The notes under the pieces: generated by a model
Told to the model about the DNA's origin: nothing
Databases searched by the model: none
The model's input: only the letters and a program-made list of their open reading frames with translations
Source of the DNA: a virus
Lineage: Duplodnaviria; Heunggongvirae; Uroviricota; Caudoviricetes
IMG/VR virus record: IMGVR_UViG_3300046524_000235
Length of the DNA: 64,000 nt
Direction: 5' to 3' (one strand)
In this document: piece after piece, positions 18,374 to 28,448 of the stretch
Numbering within the stretch: position 1 is the stretch's first letter
Layout: every line of letters starts with the position of its first letter
Position numbers and translations under genes: made by a program

Positions 18374-21300
18374 TCTACAACTTATCTTTTCATCACCTAA
18401 GGAAATGCGCACAAGAGTTGACGCTTCCTTAATGCAGGGCATCGCTTCTCAATTCCCTATCGAGGGTAAGAACTACATTCTTACTCTTGAGGATCTTCGT
18501 ACAGAGCCTAAGGAATTCACTCATCTTGACGAAAAGGATGCAATTCTTAAGTCAAAGTCTCTTGCATATCCAATCAAGGGCCACATTAAGCTTATTGACA
18601 AAACTACTGGAAAAGTTATTGACGAAAATAAGAACTTTTCGTTGATGGATGCATTCCACATTACTCCAAAGCACACAATGCTTTACAAGGGTAATAACTA
18701 CTCAGTTGCTAACCAGCTTCAGCTTAACCCCGGTGTTTACACTCGTAGTAAAGAAACTGGTGAACTAGAATCTCACTTCAACACTGGTTCTGGTCGAAGC
18801 TTCTCAATTACGCTTGATCCACAGACATTCCAGTTTTCAGTTCATCCTGCAAGCTCGTCTTCAAGCATTCCTCTTGGACCTCTGGTTTCAAGAGTTTTTG
18901 GCATTGGTCCAAAAGAAGTAAGCCAGTACGTACCTGCTCAGGTTTGGGAAGCTAACCTTGCTTCTTCAGCAGGTAAAGAGCAGAAGATCATCAACGATCT
19001 ATACGCCAAGCTTGTATCTACTGGTAAGCAAAAGCCTACTGCAAGTCTTGAAGAGAAGATTATGCAACTCCGTGAATCAATGGAGGCATCATCACTTTCT
19101 CCTCAGACAACTCTGGTTACGCTTGGTAAGTCACTTGGTGCTGTAAATTCAGAAACCATTCTCCGTGCAATGCGTAATCTTGTACAAGTTCACTCAGGTG
19201 ACCGTGAAGAAGACAATCGAGATTCTCTGCAATTTAAGCGTGTTCAGAATCTGCCTGATTTCATCCGTACTCGTTTCAGCAAGCACGAAATGCTTCCAAG
19301 CATTCGTCGTAAGCTGCTAGCTGGACTAGACAAGACTAAGAATCCGTCTGTACGTGACGTAGTGGTCAGCAAGCCCTTTAACAAGGTTATGACGGGCTAC
19401 ATCATCGACTCTAACCTCGTATCTACCCCTTCGGAAACTAACCCGCTGGAGAGCCTGGAAAGCGTTGGAAAGGTCACTGTACTAGGTGCCGGTGAAGGCG
19501 GTATTGCTTCAGACCGTGGAGTACCTATGTCAGCACGAGACATCGATCCGTCACACCTTGGCATTATCGATCCGAGTCGTACTCCTGAATCTGGTCACGC
19601 TGGTATTGACCAACGTTTCACTATTTCTGCTCGTCGTGATGATAGTGGTAATCTCTATTCACGAGTTCTTGATAAACAGGGCAAGCAACACTATTTGTCA
19701 GTCCAAGAAATGATGACAAGCACAATTGGTTTCCCACATCAAGAAGGGAAGAAGACTGTGCAAGCTCAGGTTCGTGGTGCACTTAAAGAAGTTCCAGTAA
19801 GCCAAGTTGATTACTGGCTGGCAGATACAACTGACATGTACACTATTACGACTAACCTCGTACCGTTCCTGAACAGTAATCACCCAGGTCGTCTAACGAT
19901 GGCCGGTAAAGCTATTCCTCAGGCACTGTCACTTGTAGAACGTGAAAAGCCACTTGTACAGACAGTAAATGGTCAAGGCGTAAGTTTTTCAAAAGCTATC
20001 GGCAACGTTATTAGCACTGTTTCTCCTGTTGCAGGAAGCATTTCGCACATCACTAAGTCACAGATTCATATTAAAGACGATGATGGTAGGACTCATAAAG
20101 TAGACCTCGTTAAGAATCTTCCATTCAACATGAAGGGTTTCCTTGATGATGAAAAACCTCTCGTTAAGGTCGGTGACAAAGTGAAGGAAGGCCAGCCTAT
20201 CTCTGATAACAACTATACGGTTGACGGAGAGTTGGCTCTTGGTAAGAACCTTGAAGTAGCGTACATGCCATATAAAGGCTACAACCACGAAGACGGCTTG
20301 GTTATTAGCCGTTCATGTGCCGATAGTCTTAGCAGCCATCACGCTTATAAGGTTGACTACTCTGTACAGCCAATCTCTACTATGAGCAAGACTCTGCTGG
20401 TAAGACACTTTTCTGGCAAGTTCACGAAAGAACAGCTTGAAAAATTGGATGAACGTGGTTTTGCTAAGGTTGGTGCAGTTCTTAATCATGGCGATCCGGT
20501 ATATGCTGTACTTGAAAAACGTGAACCTACTTCTGAAGACAGAATGTTGGCTCGGCTTCACAAGTCACTCGTTAATCCATTCCGTATTGCTTCAGAACTA
20601 TGGACCCACGAAGAGAACGGCACAGTAGTTGATGCACACACAGAAGGTAAGAATATTCGTCTTCTAGTGCGTTCAGTAAAACCTCTTGAAATTGGAGATA
20701 AGCTGACAGGCCTGCACGGTAATAAAGGTATCGTTTCAAAGATTCTTAATGACAATGAAATGCCTTATAAGAAAGAATCTGGTCAACCAGTTGATATTCT
20801 TTTGAACCCTGCTTCTGTTACTTCTCGTATTAACCTTGGACAGCTAATGGAAACTGCTGCTGGTAAACTTGCTAAAGTTACTGGCAAGACATACATGGTT
20901 CACAACTTCAGCAAGAACAGTAACGTTTCTGATCTAAAGAGAGAACTAGATGCAGCAGGCGTAAGTGATACTGACATGATGGTTGATCCGAAGACTGGTA
21001 AAGACCTTGGCAAGATTCTTACAGGCCCTCAGTACTTTCTGAAGTTGTACAAAACTACTGACCAAAACTGGTCTGCTCGGAATACGGGTGGCTACGATAA
21101 CGTACTGCAACCTACCAAGGGCGGTGAAGAAGGTTCTAAATCAGTTGGCTACATGGAAATGCTTGGTCTTCTTGGCTCTAATGCTCGTAAGAACCTTAAA
21201 GAAATTGCAACGCTTAAGTCTCAGGAAAACTCAGAATACTGGACGAAATTTAAGTTCGGTCAGGCTCTTCCAAAGCCACGTATGACCTTTGCTACCGAGA

Positions 21301-21755
21301 AGTTTCTCGATTATCTTAAAGGTGCAGGTATTAAGACAAGTATTGATAACGGAAAGCTTACAGCGTCACCGCTTACCGATCAAGATATTATCGGAATGTC
21401 AAATGGTGTAATTAAATCACCTGAACTTCTAAGTGCCAAGAACCTTGAGCCTGAAAAAGGTGGTCTTTATGACCCAGGTACAACTGGTGGATTGAAGGGT
21501 AAGAACTGGACTCACTACGAACTAGCTGAAGCTCTTCCAAACCCAGTGTTTGAACGTCCTATCAAGAGTCTGCTAGGTCTAAAGTCAAGCGAATATGATG
21601 GTATTATCCAAGGCTCAATAGGTATCAAGAAGTTGGATGATGGTTCATTTGCCCTGCACAATACGTCTAACGGTCAGCACATTAAAACTATAAAAGTGAA
21701 TAGTGCTAACATAAGTAGCGAAGCGGAAGGGCATAATGATCACGAATCCCAATAG
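18354..21755 (+). CDS. rpoB: Phage multisubunit RNA polymerase: beta subunit fused to beta' N-terminal segment
   Basis: Beta motifs DPSHLGIIDPSRTPES, GKNLEVAYMPYKGYNHEDG, GDKLTGLHGNKGIV, LNPASVTSRINLGQ, YFLKL, SVGYMEM; then beta'-like LEPEKGGLYDP and HYELAEALPNPVF. Confidence 0.92.
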   Translation: MPTPADNLQLIFSSPKEMRTRVDASLMQGIASQFPIEGKNYILTLEDLRTEPKEFTHLDEKDAILKSKSLAYPIKGHIKLIDKTTGKVIDENKNFSLMDAFHITPKHTMLYKGNNYSVANQLQLNPGVYTRSKETGELESHFNTGSGRSFSITLDPQTFQFSVHPASSSSSIPLGPLVSRVFGIGPKEVSQYVPAQVWEANLASSAGKEQKIINDLYAKLVSTGKQKPTASLEEKIMQLRESMEASSLSPQTTLVTLGKSLGAVNSETILRAMRNLVQVHSGDREEDNRDSLQFKRVQNLPDFIRTRFSKHEMLPSIRRKLLAGLDKTKNPSVRDVVVSKPFNKVMTGYIIDSNLVSTPSETNPLESLESVGKVTVLGAGEGGIASDRGVPMSARDIDPSHLGIIDPSRTPESGHAGIDQRFTISARRDDSGNLYSRVLDKQGKQHYLSVQEMMTSTIGFPHQEGKKTVQAQVRGALKEVPVSQVDYWLADTTDMYTITTNLVPFLNSNHPGRLTMAGKAIPQALSLVEREKPLVQTVNGQGVSFSKAIGNVISTVSPVAGSISHITKSQIHIKDDDGRTHKVDLVKNLPFNMKGFLDDEKPLVKVGDKVKEGQPISDNNYTVDGELALGKNLEVAYMPYKGYNHEDGLVISRSCADSLSSHHAYKVDYSVQPISTMSKTLLVRHFSGKFTKEQLEKLDERGFAKVGAVLNHGDPVYAVLEKREPTSEDRMLARLHKSLVNPFRIASELWTHEENGTVVDAHTEGKNIRLLVRSVKPLEIGDKLTGLHGNKGIVSKILNDNEMPYKKESGQPVDILLNPASVTSRINLGQLMETAAGKLAKVTGKTYMVHNFSKNSNVSDLKRELDAAGVSDTDMMVDPKTGKDLGKILTGPQYFLKLYKTTDQNWSARNTGGYDNVLQPTKGGEEGSKSVGYMEMLGLLGSNARKNLKEIATLKSQENSEYWTKFKFGQALPKPRMTFATEKFLDYLKGAGIKTSIDNGKLTASPLTDQDIIGMSNGVIKSPELLSAKNLEPEKGGLYDPGTTGGLKGKNWTHYELAEALPNPVFERPIKSLLGLKSSEYDGIIQGSIGIKKLDDGSFALHNTSNGQHIKTIKVNSANISSEAEGHNDHESQ

Positions 21756-22104
21756 GTTTATAAGGGGGCTATCTGATCTTACAGATATTGTGGATGATGA
21801 CTATGATATTGATCAGATAGTAACTACTCCTCCCACTACTCCGGTGGGAGTTGTAGCTCCTCCAACACAAGAAAGAGACAGTTCACCATCATCGTTTACC
21901 CTAGAACAAGCCGAGTTTACTCTGGCTTTTGATGGTGCACAAAACCTATCTTTACCAGATGTTCCTGCCTTAGGAACAATGTTGTTTATAAATGGATTTC
22001 TCCAATCCAGAACTTGTTATGAAGTAGTTAGTAACGTCCTTATACTACCAGAAGATTTAGATCTGTATGCCGGGGACCTTATTATGCTGACTTATATAAA
22101 ATAA
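21736..22104 (+). CDS. Fibre-associated protein
   Basis: C-terminal module (LFINGFLQ...Y...GDLIMLTY) shared with the C-terminus of 22178..23275. Confidence 0.55.
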   Translation: MITNPNRFIRGLSDLTDIVDDDYDIDQIVTTPPTTPVGVVAPPTQERDSSPSSFTLEQAEFTLAFDGAQNLSLPDVPALGTMLFINGFLQSRTCYEVVSNVLILPEDLDLYAGDLIMLTYIK

Positions 22105-22177
22105 GCAAAAGTTAAAATACAGTTTGTAAGCTAAGGTCCAGCTACTATCGGGCCTCTTTTAAAAAGGAGAGCCACAA

Positions 22178-23275
22178 ATGGCTCAAACATTAATCCGGGG
22201 CGGTTCACAGATAATGGCTGGATCTATTCCAGCTTCAGCGCTTGTATCCGGCCTCAATCTTCCAACATCTCAACTCCAAGACGGTGCCTCGTTTATTCGT
22301 TCGACAGGCACTGTTGCTATGGCCGCTTCTCTTAATATGGGCGGTTTTTCGATTACCAACGTAGGTATTCCAACGAACGGATCAGACGTAGCTAGCAAAT
22401 CATACGTTGACGCTTTAGCTAACGGTCTAAGCTTTAAGAACGCAGCTAGAGCACTTGCCGCTTCAAATATTACGTTAAGTGGAACTCAGACTATTGACGG
22501 AGTTTCTCTTGTAGCAGGTGACCGTGTTCTTGCAACTGCACAGACTACTGGTTCACAGAATGGTCTTTGGGTTGTAGCTGTAGGTGCATGGACTCGGCCT
22601 GCTGACTGGGCTGCAGCAAGTTCACAGAAAGAAGGCGCTTACGTTCTAGTTGAGCCAGAAGGCACAACATATAAGAACTCTAAGTGGTTCTGTACCACGG
22701 CAATAAACATTACAGTTGACACAACGTCAACAGCTTGGTCACAAGACACCTCAGGCACTTCATATAGCAATGGTCAAGGTCTTAGTTTAACTGGTGTTAC
22801 CTTCGCTATTAAGAACGGTAACGGTCTTGGCTTCGACGGCTCTAACAATGTTCAAGTTGTTGCTGCAAGCGGTGGACTATTAACAGTTGCTGCAGGCGGA
22901 GTAGGAATTACTGCTTCAAGTACTTCTGGTCAACTTATTGTATCCAACGGTTCCAATCAACCTGCTTGGGTTAGTGCTTCTGGTGATGTAACCATTTCTA
23001 CTGCTGGTGCAATGACAGTAAATAACGTTGCTGGTACTGGCTTCTTGAAATATGGTAACCAAGTAAACAATGAAACACCTACTGGTTCTATTAACGGCTC
23101 AAACACATCGTTTGCACTTGCAAATGCTCCACAAGTTAATTCGCTTGAACTGTTCTTAAACGGTATGCTACTTGAACCGGGTGCAGGAAACGATTATACT
23201 ATTAGCGGAACAGCTATCACTATGCTGTTCGCTCCGTTAACCGGAGACAAGCTAAGAGCATATTACTGGAAATGA
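22178..23275 (+). CDS. Virion fibre/whisker protein
   Basis: ASKSYVD motif, TIDGVSLVAGDRVL...QNGLWVV...WTR module and C-terminal NETPTG...LFLNG module typical of phage fibres. Confidence 0.75.
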   Translation: MAQTLIRGGSQIMAGSIPASALVSGLNLPTSQLQDGASFIRSTGTVAMAASLNMGGFSITNVGIPTNGSDVASKSYVDALANGLSFKNAARALAASNITLSGTQTIDGVSLVAGDRVLATAQTTGSQNGLWVVAVGAWTRPADWAAASSQKEGAYVLVEPEGTTYKNSKWFCTTAINITVDTTSTAWSQDTSGTSYSNGQGLSLTGVTFAIKNGNGLGFDGSNNVQVVAASGGLLTVAAGGVGITASSTSGQLIVSNGSNQPAWVSASGDVTISTAGAMTVNNVAGTGFLKYGNQVNNETPTGSINGSNTSFALANAPQVNSLELFLNGMLLEPGAGNDYTISGTAITMLFAPLTGDKLRAYYWK

Positions 23276-23511
23276 CGAATAACACTCGAATGGCACCAGA
23301 ACAAGACGCCTGGCTCGGAAAGATGCAAAACGAGCTGGGCGTTTTATATTCTAACGTATGGATGTTAGAAATTCAGAAGGAACGTCTTACACAAAGAGTT
23401 CTACAGGATGCAGAATTAATCAGCCATCTAAAAGAAAGAATTCTAAAATTAGAACAGTCTAATACAGAGCTGAAAGAAATGATTCAGCCAGAACGTAAAA
23501 CGAGAAAATAA
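23272..23511 (+). CDS. Small coiled-coil protein (possible fibre chaperone)
   Basis: 79 aa with heptad pattern; coupled to the fibre gene. Confidence 0.5.
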   Translation: MTNNTRMAPEQDAWLGKMQNELGVLYSNVWMLEIQKERLTQRVLQDAELISHLKERILKLEQSNTELKEMIQPERKTRK

Positions 23512-24045
23512 ATGGCACGTACACAGCTTAATCTTGGAGCACAAGGCGCAGATGGATCTATCTTAAGGACAGATCTAAATACTACTACAGCAGGAAGCGC
23601 ACTTATAACTAAGGTGATTGCTGGTACTGGCGTTACGTTTAGTTCAACGGGAGCTGATGCCGGAACAGGAGATGTCACTATCAATGTTTCTGGTGGGGGA
23701 GGGAGCATACCTTTCGACGTTATTATGTTTGTGCAGGGGAGTATGGCTAATGCAGAAACCTTAACTTCAATAAATATACGTCGTGCATTTTCTTTACCCT
23801 CAGGATTAACTGGAAGTAAAGTTGATTCAAAAGTTGCAGCAACTGCTTCCACAACTATAACCTTTACTAAGAATGGAACTTCAATAGGAACTGCCGTATT
23901 CGCAGCAAGCGGAATAGTAGCAACCCTTACTTTTGCTTCCGGCGTAAACTTTGCAATAGACGATATTTTCGAAATCGTAGGACCTGCAACTGCGGATGCT
24001 ACTCTTGCAAACATTCGTTTTAATCTAGTAGGAACTCTATTATAA
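23512..24045 (+). CDS. Fibre-associated structural protein
   Basis: N-terminus resembles that of 22178..23275; beta-rich C-terminal domain. Confidence 0.6.
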   Translation: MARTQLNLGAQGADGSILRTDLNTTTAGSALITKVIAGTGVTFSSTGADAGTGDVTINVSGGGGSIPFDVIMFVQGSMANAETLTSINIRRAFSLPSGLTGSKVDSKVAATASTTITFTKNGTSIGTAVFAASGIVATLTFASGVNFAIDDIFEIVGPATADATLANIRFNLVGTLL

Positions 24046-24674
24046 TGGGTACTTTAAGCGGTTCAGTTACAACAGCTACGGGAACTGAAGTATACAATCT
24101 TACGACTCCCAATCAGACAGACTGGATAGAATTTCCACAATCAGCCACTGCACCTAATCGCAAAAGCGGCGCTGGTTCAACGATAAGTCTACCTACTATC
24201 CTAGGTACAAACGCTTCATTTGCTGGCTTCAACTTCGGCTTAGGATATACTTGGACAGGCGGAACTCCTTTAGCATCTGGAACCACTAGACGGGAAGGTG
24301 CTTATGTAGCTCCTGCTAGCAACTCTATCCCTGGTCAGGGGTTTAGTATTTCATTTCCTGCAGATACTACTCCCAGAACAGCGGTTATATATTGGGGAGT
24401 TTCAAGTGGCGCTTCGAGATTGGTAGCTACTCTTTCTGACGGGAGTGCTCCAGTGCTTACTCAAAACCAAGCATTGACACAAAACACCGGATATTGGTTT
24501 TCTACCATTACATACAGTGCAAATTCTCCAAAGCAAACTCTTAAGCTTGATATAACTCTTACTCAAGCTGATTCTGGAGGCGGCGGAAACGTATGGATAG
24601 GCGCGGCAAAATACTTGAATGCAGCATATACCGGCCCTGCTAGAGCAAGAAGAACAGTAATGACGAACCGCTAA
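24045..24674 (+). CDS. Beta-rich structural / receptor-binding-like protein
   Basis: Thr/Gly/Ser-rich 209 aa; coupled to the previous gene. Confidence 0.55.
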   Translation: MGTLSGSVTTATGTEVYNLTTPNQTDWIEFPQSATAPNRKSGAGSTISLPTILGTNASFAGFNFGLGYTWTGGTPLASGTTRREGAYVAPASNSIPGQGFSISFPADTTPRTAVIYWGVSSGASRLVATLSDGSAPVLTQNQALTQNTGYWFSTITYSANSPKQTLKLDITLTQADSGGGGNVWIGAAKYLNAAYTGPARARRTVMTNR

Positions 24675-24692
24675 CATCTTAAAATTGGAATC

Positions 24693-25862
24693 ATGAGCAA
24701 ACCAAACGACCCAGTAGATCCAGATACCCTAGCGGTTTCAGGCGATGCATTCCATCAGATGCTATCAACCATCGATGTAGATGTGCAACTTAACGCACTC
24801 AAGGCTGAGATTAAGGAAACTAAATCTCCGTCTAAGAGAGATGCAATTATAAAGAAAATCAAGTACTTAGCCGGGCTAAAAAAAGTCGATTTGAGACCAG
24901 AGACGGCATATGTGCTTCACAATATTCCAGTCACTCCTCCTCTTGTTCGACCTAGTATTCCTATGGGTGGAAACCGTATTGAGTTTGCTGACGTAAATAC
25001 GCTTTATCGTGACCACATGACCATCAACAATTCGTTGAAGGACATTAAGGATGACCTGACTCACGATCAACTAGTAAATGAACGTAAAGATGCGTATAAC
25101 GGAGTCAAGGCTATTTTTGGTCTTGGCGATGCTGTTTCAGGAAGCGCTCGTGGTAAAGAGCTTAAAGGTTATATTCAACAAATTTCTGGAGACACTGGTC
25201 CGAAGGGCGGTTTCTTCCATAATAAGCTCCTAAAGAAGAAACAAGACTTCTCAGGTCGAGCAACGATTTATGCAGAGCCTAATCTTGGCTTTAATGAAGT
25301 AGCCGCACCAAAAGATATGCTGTGGACCATGTATGAGTTCCACATTATTCGTGACTTGGTTCGTAATGGTTATGATTGGATTGCTGCTAGAAAGGCTGTA
25401 GAGAAACGTGACGTTGCTGCAACTAATAGTTTCAATAAGATGATTAAGCAAGTTCCGGTAATTCTGAACCGTGCTCCTACTCTTATGAGAACAAACATTA
25501 CAGCTCACTTTCCTGTGCCAATTGAAGGTAAGACGCTTGGTATTAACCCACTTCACCTTCCGATGTATGCAGGTGACTTCGACGGCGACGCTTTAACTTT
25601 GCACGTACCAATGACTCCTGAAGCAGTTGAAGAAGCTAAACAAAAGCTTCTGCCACAACAACACATTTACGATTACCGTAAAGGTCAAGGCGCTTCAATG
25701 GTAGCTCCTGGTCACGAAGCAGTTATCGGTTCGATGGCAATTACGGAGCCAGATACAAGTCAAGAGCATCGTGAATTCGCAACGGAGGCAGAGGCTCTAG
25801 AAGCTCTGAAGCGTGGCGAGATAAACGAAAACACCCCGCTTAAAATCACAAGTCACGGTTAA
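24693..25862 (+). CDS. rpoC: Phage RNA polymerase beta' middle segment with catalytic site
   Basis: PVTPPLVRP, LLKKKQDFSGRATI, VILNRAPTL and YAGDFDGDALTLH (NADFDGD-type Mg-binding motif). Confidence 0.93.
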   Translation: MSKPNDPVDPDTLAVSGDAFHQMLSTIDVDVQLNALKAEIKETKSPSKRDAIIKKIKYLAGLKKVDLRPETAYVLHNIPVTPPLVRPSIPMGGNRIEFADVNTLYRDHMTINNSLKDIKDDLTHDQLVNERKDAYNGVKAIFGLGDAVSGSARGKELKGYIQQISGDTGPKGGFFHNKLLKKKQDFSGRATIYAEPNLGFNEVAAPKDMLWTMYEFHIIRDLVRNGYDWIAARKAVEKRDVAATNSFNKMIKQVPVILNRAPTLMRTNITAHFPVPIEGKTLGINPLHLPMYAGDFDGDALTLHVPMTPEAVEEAKQKLLPQQHIYDYRKGQGASMVAPGHEAVIGSMAITEPDTSQEHREFATEAEALEALKRGEINENTPLKITSHG

Positions 25863-25963
25863 GCAAAAAAAGAGGAGAGACACCCGCAGGGTTGTCTGGT
25901 GTTCTCCTCAACCTCCCAACCACGCTCGCTGGGGGCAAGCGCAGTTAGTCCTTACGCTGTGCC

Positions 25964-26611
25964 TTATCCTTCGATGAGCGTCTTCATTTCTTTGAACAGT
26001 TTCATGAACTGCTCAGGTGTCAGTACAATTCCCTTCTCATCGATGTCGATGAAGATCCCGGTGATCAGACGCTTCTCTTCTACCTTCGGGGCTTCGATCT
26101 TGACCGGAGCCTGATTCTGCTGGGTAGCGTCGAGAATGGTTTTTGCAATCTCTCCGAACTGCGGATGATCTGCATCAACCGTTGCAATGCCTTGTACGAT
26201 ATGAAGCTCCGGGGTCCGCTTCGTTGGCTGGTGCTCATCGATCTTGGGGAGTGAAGGGGAATTTTCCGTGACGGGCACGGGCTTGATTTTCTTCATGATC
26301 GCCTTAGGCTTGTAAAGCTTGCCAGTCACACGCCAGCGAAACTTCAGACGATCTTCCGGATCCTGCATTGCACCCTTGATGTTCGAGTACGCAATGTAGC
26401 CGCCCTTGAAAAGGTCGTTGATTGCTTGGTGCAAGTTGTTTACGGAGTTACCGAGACCCTGTAATACTTTGCGGATCTCTGACTGCTTGAGATTCGGCTC
26501 GGCGTCGATGACCAAATAAACAGCATGGGAAAAGTTCTTCGGTTGAACGAGCCACCCTTGACCGTCATAGCTTGCTGTAGACGGTCTCGGGGCTGCAAAA
26601 AGCTGATTCAT
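25964..26611 (-). CDS. Putative winged-helix DNA-binding protein
   Basis: AVYLVI...LKQSEIRKVL...LHQAINDLFKGGYI pattern resembles wHTH; follows promoter motif 26673. Confidence 0.5.
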   Translation of the reverse strand: MNQLFAAPRPSTASYDGQGWLVQPKNFSHAVYLVIDAEPNLKQSEIRKVLQGLGNSVNNLHQAINDLFKGGYIAYSNIKGAMQDPEDRLKFRWRVTGKLYKPKAIMKKIKPVPVTENSPSLPKIDEHQPTKRTPELHIVQGIATVDADHPQFGEIAKTILDATQQNQAPVKIEAPKVEEKRLITGIFIDIDEKGIVLTPEQFMKLFKEMKTLIEG

Positions 26612-26703
26612 GGTACTGGTCCTTACGAAGTAGAATTGTTTTTAGTAGGGAATGATATTCCTCTACATAACTCTTATACCAATTCGAAGGACCATTGTGG
26701 ATT

Positions 26704-28065
26704 TTAGAGATTTACACGGTCTAGTTCGCCGTCAGCGAAACCATTGTAAACTGGGAATCTGATTTGACCGCCTGGAACGCTAGGAGGATATGCCTTAACT
26801 TGGATAAGCTTCTCATTGAACAGATCAGGAGTCTTCCAAGCATTGATACGAGTATCTCTATCAAAGCCTGTTCCAACCTTACCAACCATTCTTCCTGAAG
26901 CATCCGCAAGAATCAACGCACCCATGCTGTCTTTGGGATTGCCTTTGATGTCGATTTCTTGTTGTTGACCAATTACCTTCAAGTTGTACGTTACGTAGTT
27001 CTTGACTTTGTATCGTACTGATTCTGTCTCTGGCTTAGCATAGTCTGCAACGATTAAGCCTTCTCCCTTTTGCTCTTTAATCCTGTCTAGATACTTGTTG
27101 ATGTTCTCAACGCCGTGTTCTAGATGAGGAGAGAACAGAAGATCTGGCTCACCATAAGCTTGTTCGAATTTCTGAATGTATTCGACTTTATCTTTATACG
27201 TTGGCAGGTCTGGATTCTTAACATCGATAAGCACTGCACGAACTGGACCTTTTTCCGCCTGAGTTGCAATTGAACGTGGAGGAAGAGAATTCAGAATACC
27301 GGAAACAGTAGGGTGAGACTCCGTTTCAGACTTTGCAAGACCTGTATGTACAAGCTCTACCGCAAATTGGTTTCCAGCAAATTCTGGCATCGGTTTAGCT
27401 AGGTGAGGAAGCTGTGCTGAACGCTCAGGAAATCCACCTTTTACGCTAGGTCTGCGGGAATGATAAGTTAGAGAACCATCAGGCTGTACGGTAAGTACGA
27501 AGTGAGCACCATCCCACTTCTTTGAAGCTACAGGATGCTCAAGCTGAGTCCAATCTCCCTCTACGTATTTGTGACGAACGTAGGTATCGATTGAAGCTTG
27601 TTTTTGAATATGTTCGAGATATGGATTAATGCCTTCCACGAATAACTGGCTCCCAAGAGGACCGATCCCGCGAAATGATTGAATCTCTGCCCTGATTTCT
27701 TCAGGAGTCCGCTTGTCGATCAGATTACTAATTGTACCATATTTCTCTTTCAAATGTCTTGCTTGGGCAAGCATCGTCGTGGCAGTAGATTCGTCAAAAC
27801 GACCGTAATGGCCTTGTACGAGATTATCACGAAGAGTTTCCCATCCAGCAGACTCCACGGCTTCAGGTGAGTGAAAACCCTGTGAAGCCATGTGTTTCGC
27901 AGCCATACCTGCTACTGAGCGCTGGATAGGTCTAGAAAAAAGAGTGACAGCCGTCATCCACTTGTACAGTTCTTTCTCGTCGCCTTTAGACAAGTCAAAG
28001 CCAAGACTCTCTGGGCTAGCAGGTTCTTTAAGGTCTGTCGCTACTTTTTCTAGGTATTTATTCAT
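26704..28065 (-). CDS. Helix-hairpin-helix (HhH-GPD-like) domain fused to ATP-dependent DNA ligase
   Basis: N-domain with FRGIGP HhH motif; ligase motifs I (SKKWDG), III (FAVEL), IIIa (AVLID), IV (EGLIV), V (YKVK) and OB-fold IRFPVY; starts MNKYLEKVA. Confidence 0.9.
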   Translation of the reverse strand: MNKYLEKVATDLKEPASPESLGFDLSKGDEKELYKWMTAVTLFSRPIQRSVAGMAAKHMASQGFHSPEAVESAGWETLRDNLVQGHYGRFDESTATTMLAQARHLKEKYGTISNLIDKRTPEEIRAEIQSFRGIGPLGSQLFVEGINPYLEHIQKQASIDTYVRHKYVEGDWTQLEHPVASKKWDGAHFVLTVQPDGSLTYHSRRPSVKGGFPERSAQLPHLAKPMPEFAGNQFAVELVHTGLAKSETESHPTVSGILNSLPPRSIATQAEKGPVRAVLIDVKNPDLPTYKDKVEYIQKFEQAYGEPDLLFSPHLEHGVENINKYLDRIKEQKGEGLIVADYAKPETESVRYKVKNYVTYNLKVIGQQQEIDIKGNPKDSMGALILADASGRMVGKVGTGFDRDTRINAWKTPDLFNEKLIQVKAYPPSVPGGQIRFPVYNGFADGELDRVNL

Positions 28066-28448
28066 GTTTTACGACTTGCGTTAAGGTGACGCCACATTGT
28101 GTTATCTACTTTAACTTCCTCAGATTTTTGTTTATTGCCACCATGAGCGAGAAACGGGGCTAGAGCTAAACCTAAAGCTCCGCCTACAGCAGCTGTTCCA
28201 GCTGTAACTTTAGCAGTTCTTGCGGGATTTTTAAACCATTGTTTTCCTGCTGCTGTAGCTGCCGTAACTGCTCCAGTTGCTGCAAACCCTGCCGGAATAA
28301 CAGCTAAGGCTTTAAGGTGATGATGATGGTCATTCTCTTTTGCAAACTGTTTCCTTACTTCTGGATCAGGCACATGGAAACGCCCATTATCATAGTGAAT
28401 ACCCTTAACGTATTCAAAAGCTATTTTTTCTAGATATTTGTTAGTCAT
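28062..28448 (-). CDS. Tagged small protein with Gly/Ala-rich hydrophobic helices
   Basis: Starts MTNKYLEKIA; two Ala/Gly-rich hydrophobic segments. Confidence 0.7.
   Translation of the reverse strand: MTNKYLEKIAFEYVKGIHYDNGRFHVPDPEVRKQFAKENDHHHHLKALAVIPAGFAATGAVTAATAAGKQWFKNPARTAKVTAGTAAVGGALGLALAPFLAHGGNKQKSEEVKVDNTMWRHLNASRKT

Noticed and set aside
21756-24692. Self-splicing intron or intein interrupting the RNAP gene
   Set aside because: The gap is filled with ordinary fibre genes with their own RBSs; no group I/II core or intein Cys/His-Asn termini were seen.
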